DNA of 45,694 nt from Candidatus Gottesmanbacteria bacterium (GCA_023245335.1 JAHFKK010000003.1:1-45694), one strand, 5' to 3'. Counted from the first letter of the stretch, positions 1 through 8,069 are shown. The notes: generated by a model not told the origin, from the letters alone. Made by a program: numbers and translations.

Positions 1-25
1 TGGCCCGCGCCACTTTGTCGAGATC
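1..25. repeat. 25-bp terminal direct repeat (copy 1), circular-assembly overlap
   Basis: tggcccgcgccactttgtcgagatc at 1-25 is identical to 45670-45694. Confidence 0.97.
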
Positions 26-133
26 AAAGCCCTTTTCGATGGCAACCATCATCAGGGCTGCCGGGGATCTATCTATGTTAATTGGTGCAATAACTGGCAT
101 ATTTTCGGTTACGGGGATTGCTTCTTTATCCAT
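1..133 (-). CDS. erf: 5' part of the ERF gene, joined across the circular junction to 45041-45694
   Basis: AAGGAGG RBS, then ATG at 133: MDKEAIPVTENMPVIAPINIDRSPAALMMVAIEKGFDLDKVARA, continuing in frame into MDLQERWEA at the window end. Confidence 0.9.
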   Translation of the reverse strand, partial: MDKEAIPVTENMPVIAPINIDRSPAALMMVAIEKGFDLDKVARA

Positions 134-145
134 TGCCTTCCTCCT

Positions 146-1180
146 TTAAAGTTCCTTGGTTGCGTTGATGATAAATTTGTGTACGTTCAAAATACGCTTG
201 ATTGCCTCGTATAGGATTGCCTTCGCTTCGTCTGAATTGAGTTGTGGTCCTTCCTGCGCCATTAAACTGATTGCGAAGCTTTTGAGCTTATCTTTATCCG
301 TCCTCAACGCCTCCTGCCGCACCGCCTCGTCTTTCGCCTTCTGCTCAGCTTCGGCCTTGGCCTTGGCTTCGCGCTCGGCTTTCTCAGCAGTTTCGATGAT
401 AACTTTTTCAGCAGCTTCTTTCTTGGCCTTCTCCAGTTCGGACAAGCGGTCACGTTCGCGCTTTTCATCCTCGATGGCCTTGCGTTCTGCGGCAAGCTTG
501 TCCTGTTCGTCTTTCAGTATCGCCGCCTGTTCTTTCTGCTTGCGGTCCTGCTCGGCGCGTTCTTCATCTAGTTTTTTGCGTTCGGCCGCCAAACGTGCAG
601 CTTCTTCATCGCGGGCCTTTTTCTCGGTCGCAGACTTCTCGTCGGCGAGACGTTTTTCTTCGGCCAGACTGGCCTGCTCCTTCTTATATTCATCCTCGGC
701 GATAATCAGTCGCGCATTGAAATCTCCCTGTGAAATTTCTAACGCTTCCGCAAAAGGAAGTATTACACCAAATGACATTATTTTGTTAACTCGCTCTTGC
801 GCTTGTTCTTGACGTTTGCGCTCGGCTTCGGCCTTCTGGCTCGCCTCGTATTCTTCCCAATCTGTCAGCGGCTTGCGTACCTTCTTTTTTAGGTCGTCCA
901 AAAAGTCCCGCGCAAGTTTGCGATTTCCGTCAATAAGCTTCACTTTCTTCTTGGAATCATCGGCCACGACAATCCCCATGTCGTCAATCAATGTTTTGGA
1001 CTGCGCCACCTTGTAGGCCAGGGAAGCTATTTCCTTGCGTCCTACCGCAGTTTCTTCCGATAACGTGGAACAGTAAGCGAGTGCCTTTTCCTCGATCTCC
1101 TTTAGGATCTTCGGCATCCCGTCGCCAGTAAAAATTATGATAGGGTCAATCTTTTCGGCTACAATCAATTCATTTTCCAT
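146..1180 (-). CDS. Conserved phage early coiled-coil protein (often labelled TolA-like)
   Basis: GRKEIASLAYKVAQSKT...VRKPLTDWE motif followed by a long E/K/A-rich coiled coil; next to the recombination genes. Confidence 0.7.
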   Translation of the reverse strand: MENELIVAEKIDPIIIFTGDGMPKILKEIEEKALAYCSTLSEETAVGRKEIASLAYKVAQSKTLIDDMGIVVADDSKKKVKLIDGNRKLARDFLDDLKKKVRKPLTDWEEYEASQKAEAERKRQEQAQERVNKIMSFGVILPFAEALEISQGDFNARLIIAEDEYKKEQASLAEEKRLADEKSATEKKARDEEAARLAAERKKLDEERAEQDRKQKEQAAILKDEQDKLAAERKAIEDEKRERDRLSELEKAKKEAAEKVIIETAEKAEREAKAKAEAEQKAKDEAVRQEALRTDKDKLKSFAISLMAQEGPQLNSDEAKAILYEAIKRILNVHKFIINATKEL

Positions 1181-1328
1181 GTTTATCTTCCTCCTGTTTT
1201 AGTTCGTCATCCTCCCAAAATCCGCTGTCCTCGAACTCGGTTATCCGGTCACGCTCACGCTTGCGGCGCAGGTAGTCTTCGAGTGCGATGTCGGCGGCGT
1301 GGTCGTCTGTGATTAGGTAGCGCGTCAT
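1170..1328 (-). CDS. Small acidic hypothetical protein (52 aa, not in ORF track)
   Basis: MTRYLITDDHAADIALEDYLRRKRERDRITEFEDSGFWEDDELKQEEDKHGK; ATGA overlap with the upstream gene. Confidence 0.6.
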   Translation of the reverse strand: MTRYLITDDHAADIALEDYLRRKRERDRITEFEDSGFWEDDELKQEEDKHGK

Positions 1329-1516
1329 TTTGAATTACGACCTGCTTTGAATCCACAAACAAATAGAGTAACAAGCGTTCCCATCATTAATGCAACATCG
1401 ATATAGTCATATGGTTCAATGCAGTTCTTTGGGATCTCTCCAACCTTTATCAAAGCCGATCCCAAAAATAGGGCTATCACTGCAATCCCCATTACAAATT
1501 CGACTGTTATTTTCAT
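1325..1516 (-). CDS. Small two-TM membrane protein
   Basis: MKITVEFVMGIAVIALFLGSALI...; two hydrophobic stretches; GGGGAG RBS. Confidence 0.6.
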   Translation of the reverse strand: MKITVEFVMGIAVIALFLGSALIKVGEIPKNCIEPYDYIDVALMMGTLVTLFVCGFKAGRNSK

Positions 1517-1520
1517 ATTA

Positions 1521-1700
1521 TCATCTCCCCGCCAGCGCCTTCTGCATAGTCTCATGGTTGCGCCCGAACTCGGCTTGCTCCAATTCCACCGCCATGCAGT
1601 TTAACGTTAGCTCCAGTATGTTTTCGTCAAGCTGCTCCTGCTCGAACAACACTATGATTTCCGCCGCCGTTTGTTTTATGATTTCGGCTCGGGTTGGCAT
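1521..1700 (-). CDS. Hypothetical protein
   Basis: AGGAGG RBS before MPTRAEII; tightly packed. Confidence 0.6.
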   Translation of the reverse strand: MPTRAEIIKQTAAEIIVLFEQEQLDENILELTLNCMAVELEQAEFGRNHETMQKALAGR

Positions 1701-1711
1701 GGGGCCTCCTG

Positions 1712-1912
1712 TTATATTTTTCCAGTGGTAATCATTCCCGCCAGCTTCAAAATGTCTTTTTCGCTTATTAGCCAACTTCCACTATGGTCATGTTCAAACA
1801 ATATTCCGTCCTTTATCTTGCCGCATTCCCAGCGGCCCGAATCGACATACAAATTATCGTCATCAGAAAAACCAGCCGTCTTGATGATCCACCGCTTGCC
1901 AACTTTCCTCAT
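1712..1912 (-). CDS. Hypothetical protein
   Basis: GGAGG RBS before MRKVGKRW. Confidence 0.55.
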   Translation of the reverse strand: MRKVGKRWIIKTAGFSDDDNLYVDSGRWECGKIKDGILFEHDHSGSWLISEKDILKLAGMITTGKI

Positions 1913-1922
1913 AATCCCCTCC

Positions 1923-2204
1923 CTACCGCGCCACGCCGACGCGGAATTGATACCACAGTTTGCCTTGTAGCCGGCAGTTTTCTCCCCGAAGTTGGTAGAT
2001 GGAGCGCTTGAGCGATTGACATTTTTCGTCCAGCGCCTTGACGTCCAATCTCGCGTTCTGCCACTTGTCACAGGCACCGCATATTTCGCTTTTGCACTTC
2101 TCGCAGAAGTCGATTCCACAGAGCGGCTCGCGCTTGCTGCAAATCAGAATTGACATGCATAGTGCGCCCATGATAAACCCCACTATCAATCCGATCCATC
2201 CCAT
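1923..2204 (-). CDS. Membrane-anchored Cys-rich coiled-coil protein
   Basis: N-terminal TM (GLIVGFIMGALCMSIL), CxxC motifs, coiled coil. Confidence 0.6.
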   Translation of the reverse strand: MGWIGLIVGFIMGALCMSILICSKREPLCGIDFCEKCKSEICGACDKWQNARLDVKALDEKCQSLKRSIYQLRGENCRLQGKLWYQFRVGVAR

Positions 2205-2238
2205 ATTATGTTACTCCCTTTGGTTATCGGTTCTCACT

Positions 2239-2445
2239 TTAAAAGAAAATCCCCAAAATTGACCCGAGTGGTATTATAAAAATGCCCGCAATTCGTAAGA
2301 CAAAAAGCCCCGTAAGCGGCAGATCGATGGTGCGCGCTATAACAATAATGTTTATGATCCAACCAATAGCACCGATGATAAAAACAGCGATTCCGCCTAC
2401 TCCAAAAATTAATTCAATTAGCGTAAAACCGCCCTCATTCTTCAT
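2239..2445 (-). CDS. Small membrane protein with a type IV prepilin-like cleavage/N-methylation motif
   Basis: MKNEGG|FTLIELI followed by hydrophobic helices; AAGGAGG RBS. Confidence 0.75.
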   Translation of the reverse strand: MKNEGGFTLIELIFGVGGIAVFIIGAIGWIINIIVIARTIDLPLTGLFVLRIAGIFIIPLGSILGIFF

Positions 2446-2450
2446 GGTTT

Positions 2451-2729
2451 CTACCTCCTTATCTCGCGTTGGCTTCGATAATATTCATGCCCCGGCGAGT
2501 AATTCTCGCCAGACATTTTGACCTGCATGTGGTGAGCCCGCCGCGCCTGATCGACGTACTCCTGCCGCTCCCAGCCCTTCACGAGTGCCCACGCGAAGAC
2601 CGTCATGACGATAGCGGTGGCGATGAATGATAGGACAGCCTTGATGGCGGTACGCCAGACGTGGCGCTTCGTAGACGCGTTGATTATCCAATGGCCTTTA
2701 TCGTAAATGTAATCGAAATTCATAGCCAT
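2451..2729 (-). CDS. Hypothetical membrane protein
   Basis: ORF with one TM segment, packed in the early operon. Confidence 0.55.
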   Translation of the reverse strand: MAMNFDYIYDKGHWIINASTKRHVWRTAIKAVLSFIATAIVMTVFAWALVKGWERQEYVDQARRAHHMQVKMSGENYSPGHEYYRSQREIRR

Positions 2730-2735
2730 AATCCT

Positions 2736-3020
2736 TTAATCTCGATTCCACAAAAACATCGCAAAGTTGGCAACATCGACAGGATCTCCCTTGTCAATGT
2801 GCTCATACATTCTTCGTCTGATATCATCTTTCGGCCAATCAGGACTATCCCAACCGTGCCTGCCTTCAAGAAATTTTTGACGCAACTTTTTCTTCATTTC
2901 GAGCGCAAAGGCGTCGACGCAAGTATTCAATGCTTTCATCCATGCGAAATCGTTATGTTCACATTCGCCCACTGAACGGCATGAACATTTAACCCTAAAA
3001 TATTCAGTCTTGAATTTCAT
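2736..3020 (-). CDS. Conserved phage protein, possibly MazG-like all-alpha fold
   Basis: MKKKL...GRHGW...DPVDVANFAMFLW motif common in phage early proteins; fold assignment is tentative. Confidence 0.5.
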   Translation of the reverse strand: MKFKTEYFRVKCSCRSVGECEHNDFAWMKALNTCVDAFALEMKKKLRQKFLEGRHGWDSPDWPKDDIRRRMYEHIDKGDPVDVANFAMFLWNRD

Positions 3021-3352
3021 GTGAATACCTTTTTGGAAATCCCATTAGGAGGATTATTCAGAAAAAAGTTGCACCATGACTTAGCTTTAATAAAAGAATA
3101 CTTACCATTGAAATGACGATGAATATCAAACCCCCATTTTTGATGATTGATAGTGGGCCATTCAACCGACCACGATATCTCAGCAAACGCAGTGTTGAAT
3201 CCATTAATGCGAGAGCATATGCGCGCTTTCAAAAAAAGTTTTCTGTATGGTTCGAATATAATCTCTTTTTTACTGATATAATTGCATGGATAAGTTCGTT
3301 TAAGACGTTCATTCTTTTTAACCCATTTGAAATAATTTGGTTTTTGTTTCAT
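3017..3352 (-). CDS. Hypothetical protein (AT-rich)
   Basis: ORF coupled to both neighbours by 4-bp overlaps. Confidence 0.55.
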   Translation of the reverse strand: MKQKPNYFKWVKKNERLKRTYPCNYISKKEIIFEPYRKLFLKARICSRINGFNTAFAEISWSVEWPTINHQKWGFDIHRHFNGKYSFIKAKSWCNFFLNNPPNGISKKVFT

Positions 3353-3759
3353 GATTGGCCTCGCGCTTTCTGCAGAACGTTCGCTACTTTAACTATAATG
3401 TCAGTTAATTTTAGGCTATAATATTCGTTTCCTGGCATCTTGTCGCCCCCCGTATTGCTCTCATATTCAATTTGGAAATTTATAAGATTCTCCAGCGCGG
3501 CGTAAAGGTCGGGCGCAGCGGCAATTAGATTTATGTTGGCTATTGCCGTTTCCTCTTTTATGTTCCAATATTCAATAATTTCCATCCTTGCTTCCTGCTT
3601 ACCGTCAATTTCCTTAATAACTGGATATTCATCTCCGGTAGGTCCAGATTCAACAACGCAAACAGGACAATCTGCGGGTACGCTCCATACCTGTTTGCAT
3701 TTGCATTTACCATCTTGACATGCATGCCACGGGCCAGGCATAAACTTGGTTTCGCTCAT
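3349..3759 (-). CDS. Conserved phage early protein (PGPW...ANINLIAAAPDLYAAL family)
   Basis: Characteristic PGPW and IAAAPDL motifs; GGAGG RBS before MSETKF. Confidence 0.75.
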   Translation of the reverse strand: MSETKFMPGPWHACQDGKCKCKQVWSVPADCPVCVVESGPTGDEYPVIKEIDGKQEARMEIIEYWNIKEETAIANINLIAAAPDLYAALENLINFQIEYESNTGGDKMPGNEYYSLKLTDIIVKVANVLQKARGQS

Positions 3760-3956
3760 TGTCCTGCCTCCTCTAATAGTTCCGCGACGGGTGCACCGCA
3801 CCACGGACAGAAGTTGAACTTTATGTAGCCATCCCACTTAGACTTAATTTCTGCTTGGTTTGTGAAAATAAAATCAATGTATGGCATCTGGTCTCCATGA
3901 AGTAACGCGCCAACCGCATGTTCGCACTCCAACTGCTTGTCGCTTAGGAACACCAT
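3756..3956 (-). CDS. Small Zn-ribbon protein
   Basis: C-terminal FCPWCG. Confidence 0.55.
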   Translation of the reverse strand: MVFLSDKQLECEHAVGALLHGDQMPYIDFIFTNQAEIKSKWDGYIKFNFCPWCGAPVAELLEEAGQ

Positions 3957-4156
3957 TTTCCCTCCCTAACGTCATAGCCTTCCATGGCCGCAAACAGGCT
4001 TGCGGCAGAAAGCCAGTCAAAGGTTTGGACTACGCCGGTATCATCCCGCAGCACGTACTGCGTCCGGCCGTCTATCGTCTCGGGGGTGATGGTCGCGGGC
4101 ATGGTGGCTACTACTTTTCGCAGTCTTCCGGGTTTAGCAAAATATGTCTGTGCCAT
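3944..4156 (-). CDS. Hypothetical protein
   Basis: ORF packed in the early operon. Confidence 0.5.
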   Translation of the reverse strand: MAQTYFAKPGRLRKVVATMPATITPETIDGRTQYVLRDDTGVVQTFDWLSAASLFAAMEGYDVREGKWCS

Positions 4157-4323
4157 GAATCGCCCTCTGGGAATGCCTCAAGGCTTTTTGCCGGTTCGCA
4201 GTCCATATTAACCCACGCCCATTCATCGGCAAACCGTAGGCGCGCTACTGTTCCGTGGGTCTCATACATGGGATGATCTTTTGCAGATATCTTTATTCTA
4301 CCACCATGTTCGAAACTTTTCAT
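4111..4323 (-). CDS. Hypothetical protein
   Basis: GGAGG RBS. Confidence 0.55.
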   Translation of the reverse strand: MKSFEHGGRIKISAKDHPMYETHGTVARLRFADEWAWVNMDCEPAKSLEAFPEGDSWHRHILLNPEDCEK

Positions 4324-4376
4324 AACGTCCTCCCTCGGTTAGTTCAGCAAATCGACAACTGCATCGCCCTTATAAT

Positions 4377-4736
4377 TCATGAATCAATTCCATCCACCCA
4401 CCATACATAATCGCATTTTTTGCAACGGTACTTTTCATCATCATATCCGCCACAGCTTGATTCTTTTATTTCATACACACATTTGCGTGATCTGCATCTT
4501 GGGCAGGGCCTATTACATTGTAAAGGTTCACTCAATTCCGGTTCGAACATCAGAAACGCTTCGAATTCGGCGATAGTGTTGAAATAGATAATCTCACCAA
4601 CATGAGCTGCGTCTCTGAAAATAATGCATCTAATATTTTCGCTTCCATCATGGAGAAAGTAGATACTTGCCCACATGTGATGCCCGAGTATCGCCGTCTC
4701 GCGCCGCAGCGCTTCCTTGATTTCGGTCGGGGTCAT
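4377..4736 (-). CDS. Hypothetical protein with C-terminal Zn ribbon
   Basis: Start MTPTEIK (ATGA overlap); CPRC...CKKCDYVW. Confidence 0.6.
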   Translation of the reverse strand: MTPTEIKEALRRETAILGHHMWASIYFLHDGSENIRCIIFRDAAHVGEIIYFNTIAEFEAFLMFEPELSEPLQCNRPCPRCRSRKCVYEIKESSCGGYDDEKYRCKKCDYVWWVDGIDS

Positions 4737-5071
4737 GGGGTGCCTTCCTTGAGATATTCGCGCTTGAACTTCTCGATGGCCTTGATGTATCCAGACTCGC
4801 CGTTTTTGAGCAGCTTTGCGCGGGCAGCGTCTATGGCGTCTTCCTTGGTAAATAAATCTTTCGCAATGCAAAGTCCTGTTGCCATATCGGAGACTGACCA
4901 ACTTCTTTCACCGTCAGGCAAAACCAAACAACTCATTCCTGCATTGCCGAAAATAGTGCGATGCACGCCGGTCCGCACCCACGGGACAATATCGACAATC
5001 TCGGACCGCATTTTCTTGGTTTCGGCATTTGGATAGCACCGCGCCGTGAATGTGACTCGTTCGGGCTTCAT
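4733..5071 (-). CDS. Hypothetical protein
   Basis: ORF with RBS, coupled to the downstream gene. Confidence 0.55.
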   Translation of the reverse strand: MKPERVTFTARCYPNAETKKMRSEIVDIVPWVRTGVHRTIFGNAGMSCLVLPDGERSWSVSDMATGLCIAKDLFTKEDAIDAARAKLLKNGESGYIKAIEKFKREYLKEGTP

Positions 5072-5082
5072 GGCTCATTCTC

Positions 5083-5409
5083 CTATGGCGTCGAAATACG
5101 ATACGGCCCACCATCTATGCTGCCGTTCATCTTGTTCCGAAAAGCCTTAGCGTCACGCTTTGATTTGCCGAATTCCTTGACCACCATATCGCCGCGCCGG
5201 ACACAGTATTTCGGCGATTTGGTGGCAACATGAATGCCGGATGGTTGATATCCAATAGTCGAAGCCGTGTACGATTTGGCAATGATGGAATTTCCGCGCC
5301 GCCACGAGTTGATAAACGGAATCAAGGCTACGCGGAGATAGTGCAACATCAGGTTGTCTCTCTTGGAAATGGGCATCACAACTTGCGGCTTACGAGCGTG
5401 CTGTTTCAT
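5083..5409 (-). CDS. Hypothetical basic protein
   Basis: GGAGG RBS; second gene after the early promoter. Confidence 0.55.
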   Translation of the reverse strand: MKQHARKPQVVMPISKRDNLMLHYLRVALIPFINSWRRGNSIIAKSYTASTIGYQPSGIHVATKSPKYCVRRGDMVVKEFGKSKRDAKAFRNKMNGSIDGGPYRISTP

Positions 5410-5455
5410 ATTCCCTCCTATTCTATGGCGTCGAGGACGCGCTGGATGGTGGTTC

Positions 5456-5653
5456 TCATTCCGTCGACCTAACTATTTTAGCGAGACGTTTAAAATTCTT
5501 GGACGCAAACAACCAATCCAATAGTTTAGTTCCAAGCACGGCACGTTCGAGTCGAATTGCGCCGACCTTAGATGCGTCACGCTTTCCGGCGAGTATTCTG
5601 CTTATCATAAATCGTGAATAGCCTGTCCGTTTTGCGAGTTCTGATTGGTTCAT
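5456..5653 (-). CDS. Cro-like XRE helix-turn-helix regulator
   Basis: MNQSELAKRTGYSRFMISRILAGKR, a canonical HTH_3 pattern. Confidence 0.85.
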   Translation of the reverse strand: MNQSELAKRTGYSRFMISRILAGKRDASKVGAIRLERAVLGTKLLDWLFASKNFKRLAKIVRSTE

Positions 5654-5659
5654 GGTTGT

Positions 5660-5688
5660 ATCTTACCTCGTAGTTGCCATCATGTCAA
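5660..5688 (-). promoter_or_regulatory. Sigma70 early promoter giving a probably leaderless cro-like mRNA
   Basis: TTGACA (5683-5688), 17 bp, TAAGAT (5660-5665), 6 nt, ATG; inverted repeat tagttgccat (5671-5680) / atggtaacta (5713-5722) is an operator candidate. Confidence 0.75.
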
Positions 5689-5750
5689 CACAATAATGAA
5701 ATAAAAATTGTCATGGTAACTATAACATTTGGTTATGATAGGCATGAACT

Positions 5751-5795
5751 AAAAAGGGCCGAGGCAGGATCAGGAGGAAACCCGCGCTCGGCCCC
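5751..5795 (-). terminator. Rho-independent terminator ending the late operon
   Basis: GGGCCGAG...CTCGGCCC stem followed by TTTTT on the minus strand. Confidence 0.75.
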
Positions 5796-5914
5796 AGCGG
5801 CCCGCCTGATGGGGTAGGCGGCCGCTTAGTGGAAGTCTGCCGCAGCCTGGATCTGGCGGGGCGGTCCATTTGAGGTTGCTCCCCCTGTCTCTCAGGACTG
5901 CGACAGGCACGGGG

Positions 5915-6328
5915 TTAAACGAAACCGTCTGAATGGCGATAGGCGCCTAATAAGATGACGCCCATTTCTTCCGGTTTATTTTTACCTTTCCAGAAAGCGG
6001 GTCCGCCGAAGTGGGATACAGCCTCATAATAATCATGGGCAAACCGTAGGCGCATCTTCTGGAGCCAATCATAGCCTCCGCAAGTTTCCACCAATCGAAT
6101 CAGGTTGTTTAGGAAAATCAAGTCGGCGTCAGCCTTGTCCTGATTGGCCCGGCCTTGGCTGTAACAGAAATCGTGGATACCGCAAGCCGGTCCGACATCT
6201 ACCCCGAGTATGCGATCAGGCACAAGCTTTTCGAGGATACCACGCCCAGGACCGCACCTGAACTGGCGGCGCTCATCATCCGTCAATTTCCAGTATTCGG
6301 GTGGAGCGAATAGTTCGACGGGTTTCAT
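5915..6328 (-). CDS. Phospholipase A2-like phage protein
   Basis: CGPG loop and ACGIHDFCY catalytic-type motif, later AD..FL; start MKPVELF. Confidence 0.6.
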   Translation of the reverse strand: MKPVELFAPPEYWKLTDDERRQFRCGPGRGILEKLVPDRILGVDVGPACGIHDFCYSQGRANQDKADADLIFLNNLIRLVETCGGYDWLQKMRLRFAHDYYEAVSHFGGPAFWKGKNKPEEMGVILLGAYRHSDGFV

Positions 6329-6332
6329 GGCG

Positions 6333-6635
6333 TCACCCCTTGGCCGATAACGTCTTAGAAGCCTCGATACGGGCCTTTCTGAGACGCACAAGCTCGACAA
6401 TCGCCTCAGAGGACAGGATGACATTCAGTTCGTCGGGAGTGGGAATTTTGGGCTTCCTGGACGTGTTGTCGTAGAATCCGTTAACGATAGCCAGGAAGGC
6501 GAGGATTCCAAGGATAATCTCCTGGAACTTGGTAGGATCGAAATAGACACCCAGCAACCCCGTCGCACTGCCTAACATCTTAATGGTGGATGGTTGCTTG
6601 AGCCATTCTAACAAAGTCGTCAGTTTATCAGGCAT
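6333..6635 (-). CDS. Holin-like small membrane protein
   Basis: WLKQPST motif, two TM segments, basic C-terminus; in the lysis region. Confidence 0.55.
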   Translation of the reverse strand: MPDKLTTLLEWLKQPSTIKMLGSATGLLGVYFDPTKFQEIILGILAFLAIVNGFYDNTSRKPKIPTPDELNVILSSEAIVELVRLRKARIEASKTLSAKG

Positions 6636-6644
6636 TTCGTCACC

Positions 6645-6893
6645 TCATTTCTGTAAAATCTCAATGGCTTGCTTAACTCGACCGTTGATATATGCTGAAA
6701 TTATGCAAGCGAATTTATCCAAGGCCACACTTTCGCTCTCTTTATCGATGTCCATTTTCAGATTATTGACGCGTTTCAATTCAATGGCGAAACTCGTTAG
6801 ATAATTGAGTACGTCACCGGATTCGTGCTCGAAAACAAATGGACAGTGATGATAAGGGGATTGCGATACGGGGCAGTGGCCGTCAGGTTCCAT
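6645..6893 (-). CDS. Hypothetical protein
   Basis: GAGGTGA RBS. Confidence 0.5.
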   Translation of the reverse strand: MEPDGHCPVSQSPYHHCPFVFEHESGDVLNYLTSFAIELKRVNNLKMDIDKESESVALDKFACIISAYINGRVKQAIEILQK

Positions 6894-6912
6894 TCGTCAC
6901 CTCATCGAGTTA

Positions 6913-7096
6913 ATCCCAGCAGGCCGCCACTGCGGGAGGTGCGACCGCGCCTTATCGTGACGTACCCGCCGGGAACTGATTGCCGCACCCGCACCGTGTG
7001 GCAAAATGTATTGCCAGTTAAGACTGAACGAGACGCACCACTTCCCTTGGCGACTCTGGAAGACGCTAAGCGACTCCCTCTAACCTTAACTGGCAA
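6913..7096 (-). ncRNA. Putative structured RNA (three consecutive hairpins)
   Basis: 12-bp perfect inverted repeat 7011-7022/7085-7096 closing a long stem; further stems at 6980-7004 and 6914-6974. Confidence 0.4.
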
Positions 7097-7100
7097 AGTG

Positions 7101-7277
7101 TTAAGCATCGGGCAGTTTATCCGGTGTATTCGCGTTGAACTTCGTCAACTCGGAAATGAACAGCGCGTTAAGTTGGTCCTCGGTCATCCCGTTCATGCGG
7201 GCCATCGTGATCCACGCCTGCAATCCCTGAATCAGAACGGCGGTAAGAGCCGGAATCGCAATTTCGGCTATCGGCAT
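7101..7277 (-). CDS. Small hypothetical protein (58 aa, not in ORF track)
   Basis: AGGAGG RBS; MPIAEIAIPALTAVLIQGLQAWITMARMNGMTEDQLNALFISELTKFNANTPDKLPDA. Confidence 0.7.
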   Translation of the reverse strand: MPIAEIAIPALTAVLIQGLQAWITMARMNGMTEDQLNALFISELTKFNANTPDKLPDA

Positions 7278-7287
7278 AATGCACCTC

Positions 7288-7659
7288 CTAAGAAAGTTTG
7301 GCGATTAGGATCGCCTGAAGTTGATAAATAATCTGGATGATTTGCTGTTCCTGTTCCGGCGTCGGAGTACCGCCAACATTCACGATTGCGGTATAAGCTG
7401 AAATAACCGGCCAAGTGGCCTCCATTGCATTTTTGTAGCCTTGGAAATAGTTCACCATGTCCTTAGCCATGGGCTTCGGGGTGGCCGCGAATTGGGCGTT
7501 GTAATTGGTGAAAGCATTATTGTAGAGCGTCAGAACGAATGTTCCCTTGTCCTTCGCCGACATCTTGTCGGGCGTCATCACCTGCTGATTAGCGCACCCG
7601 GCCACCAACGCCAGCGCTACGATTATCACCGCCAGACCGCAAAGCTTACCGTTTTTCAT
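7288..7659 (-). CDS. Lipoprotein (possible spanin-like or accessory lysis protein)
   Basis: Signal peptide with lipobox LVAG|C; downstream of the endolysin. Confidence 0.7.
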   Translation of the reverse strand: MKNGKLCGLAVIIVALALVAGCANQQVMTPDKMSAKDKGTFVLTLYNNAFTNYNAQFAATPKPMAKDMVNYFQGYKNAMEATWPVISAYTAIVNVGGTPTPEQEQQIIQIIYQLQAILIAKLS

Positions 7660-7787
7660 TTCGCATCTCCCTTTTTGGCTTTCTTGATTCGTTCGATTTC
7701 CCTGTCGGCCGCAGCATCGATTTTAGCACACGCCTCCATCTTGGCTTTCGCCACATCCTTTGTTTTGTAGGGTACCGGCTTTTTCAC
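7656..7787 (-). CDS. Small basic protein (43 aa, GTG start, not in ORF track)
   Basis: AGGAGG RBS; MKKPVPYKTKDVAKAKMEACAKIDAAADREIERIKKAKKGDAK; ATGA overlap. Confidence 0.55.
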   Translation of the reverse strand: MKKPVPYKTKDVAKAKMEACAKIDAAADREIERIKKAKKGDAK

Positions 7788-7805
7788 ATCGCACCTCCTG
7801 TTGAG

Positions 7806-8069
7806 TTAGCGCATTTTTTCGCGCAGATATTCACGACTTTTCGAGATCCCTTCGGCCGCGACATTGATTTCTACAGCAAGGGAATCCCAAAGGTTAAACT
7901 CCGGGCGTGTCGCGCTAGGTGCCGACACTAATTTTTCAGACTTAGCTGATGTGGGAATAGGCCCATCAAAGCTACTGATTAATTCGTCCAATTTTCTAAC
8001 GGCACTCGATAAATTGTTAAGTGCATTTTCAATCGTACTCGCCCGCGATTCTCTTGACGCTTCGTTCAT
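7806..8069 (-). CDS. Hypothetical protein
   Basis: GAGGTG RBS. Confidence 0.55.
   Translation of the reverse strand: MNEASRESRASTIENALNNLSSAVRKLDELISSFDGPIPTSAKSEKLVSAPSATRPEFNLWDSLAVEINVAAEGISKSREYLREKMR

Noticed and set aside
1-25. Biological terminal repeat or att site
   Set aside because: It falls inside the ERF reading frame; best explained as an assembly overlap of a circular or permuted genome
5708-5739. Divergent plus-strand promoter TTGTCA...TATGAT for a repressor
   Set aside because: The spacer is 20 bp and no plausible ORF follows
4228-6053. 16-bp exact repeat ggcaaaccgtaggcgc at 4228-4243 and 6038-6053
   Set aside because: Both copies are coding (RLRFA); one match of about this length is close to chance expectation in 45 kb
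6902-7108. 68-aa minus-strand ORF
   Set aside because: R/S/G-rich, no RBS, and it overlaps strong RNA stems; more likely non-coding
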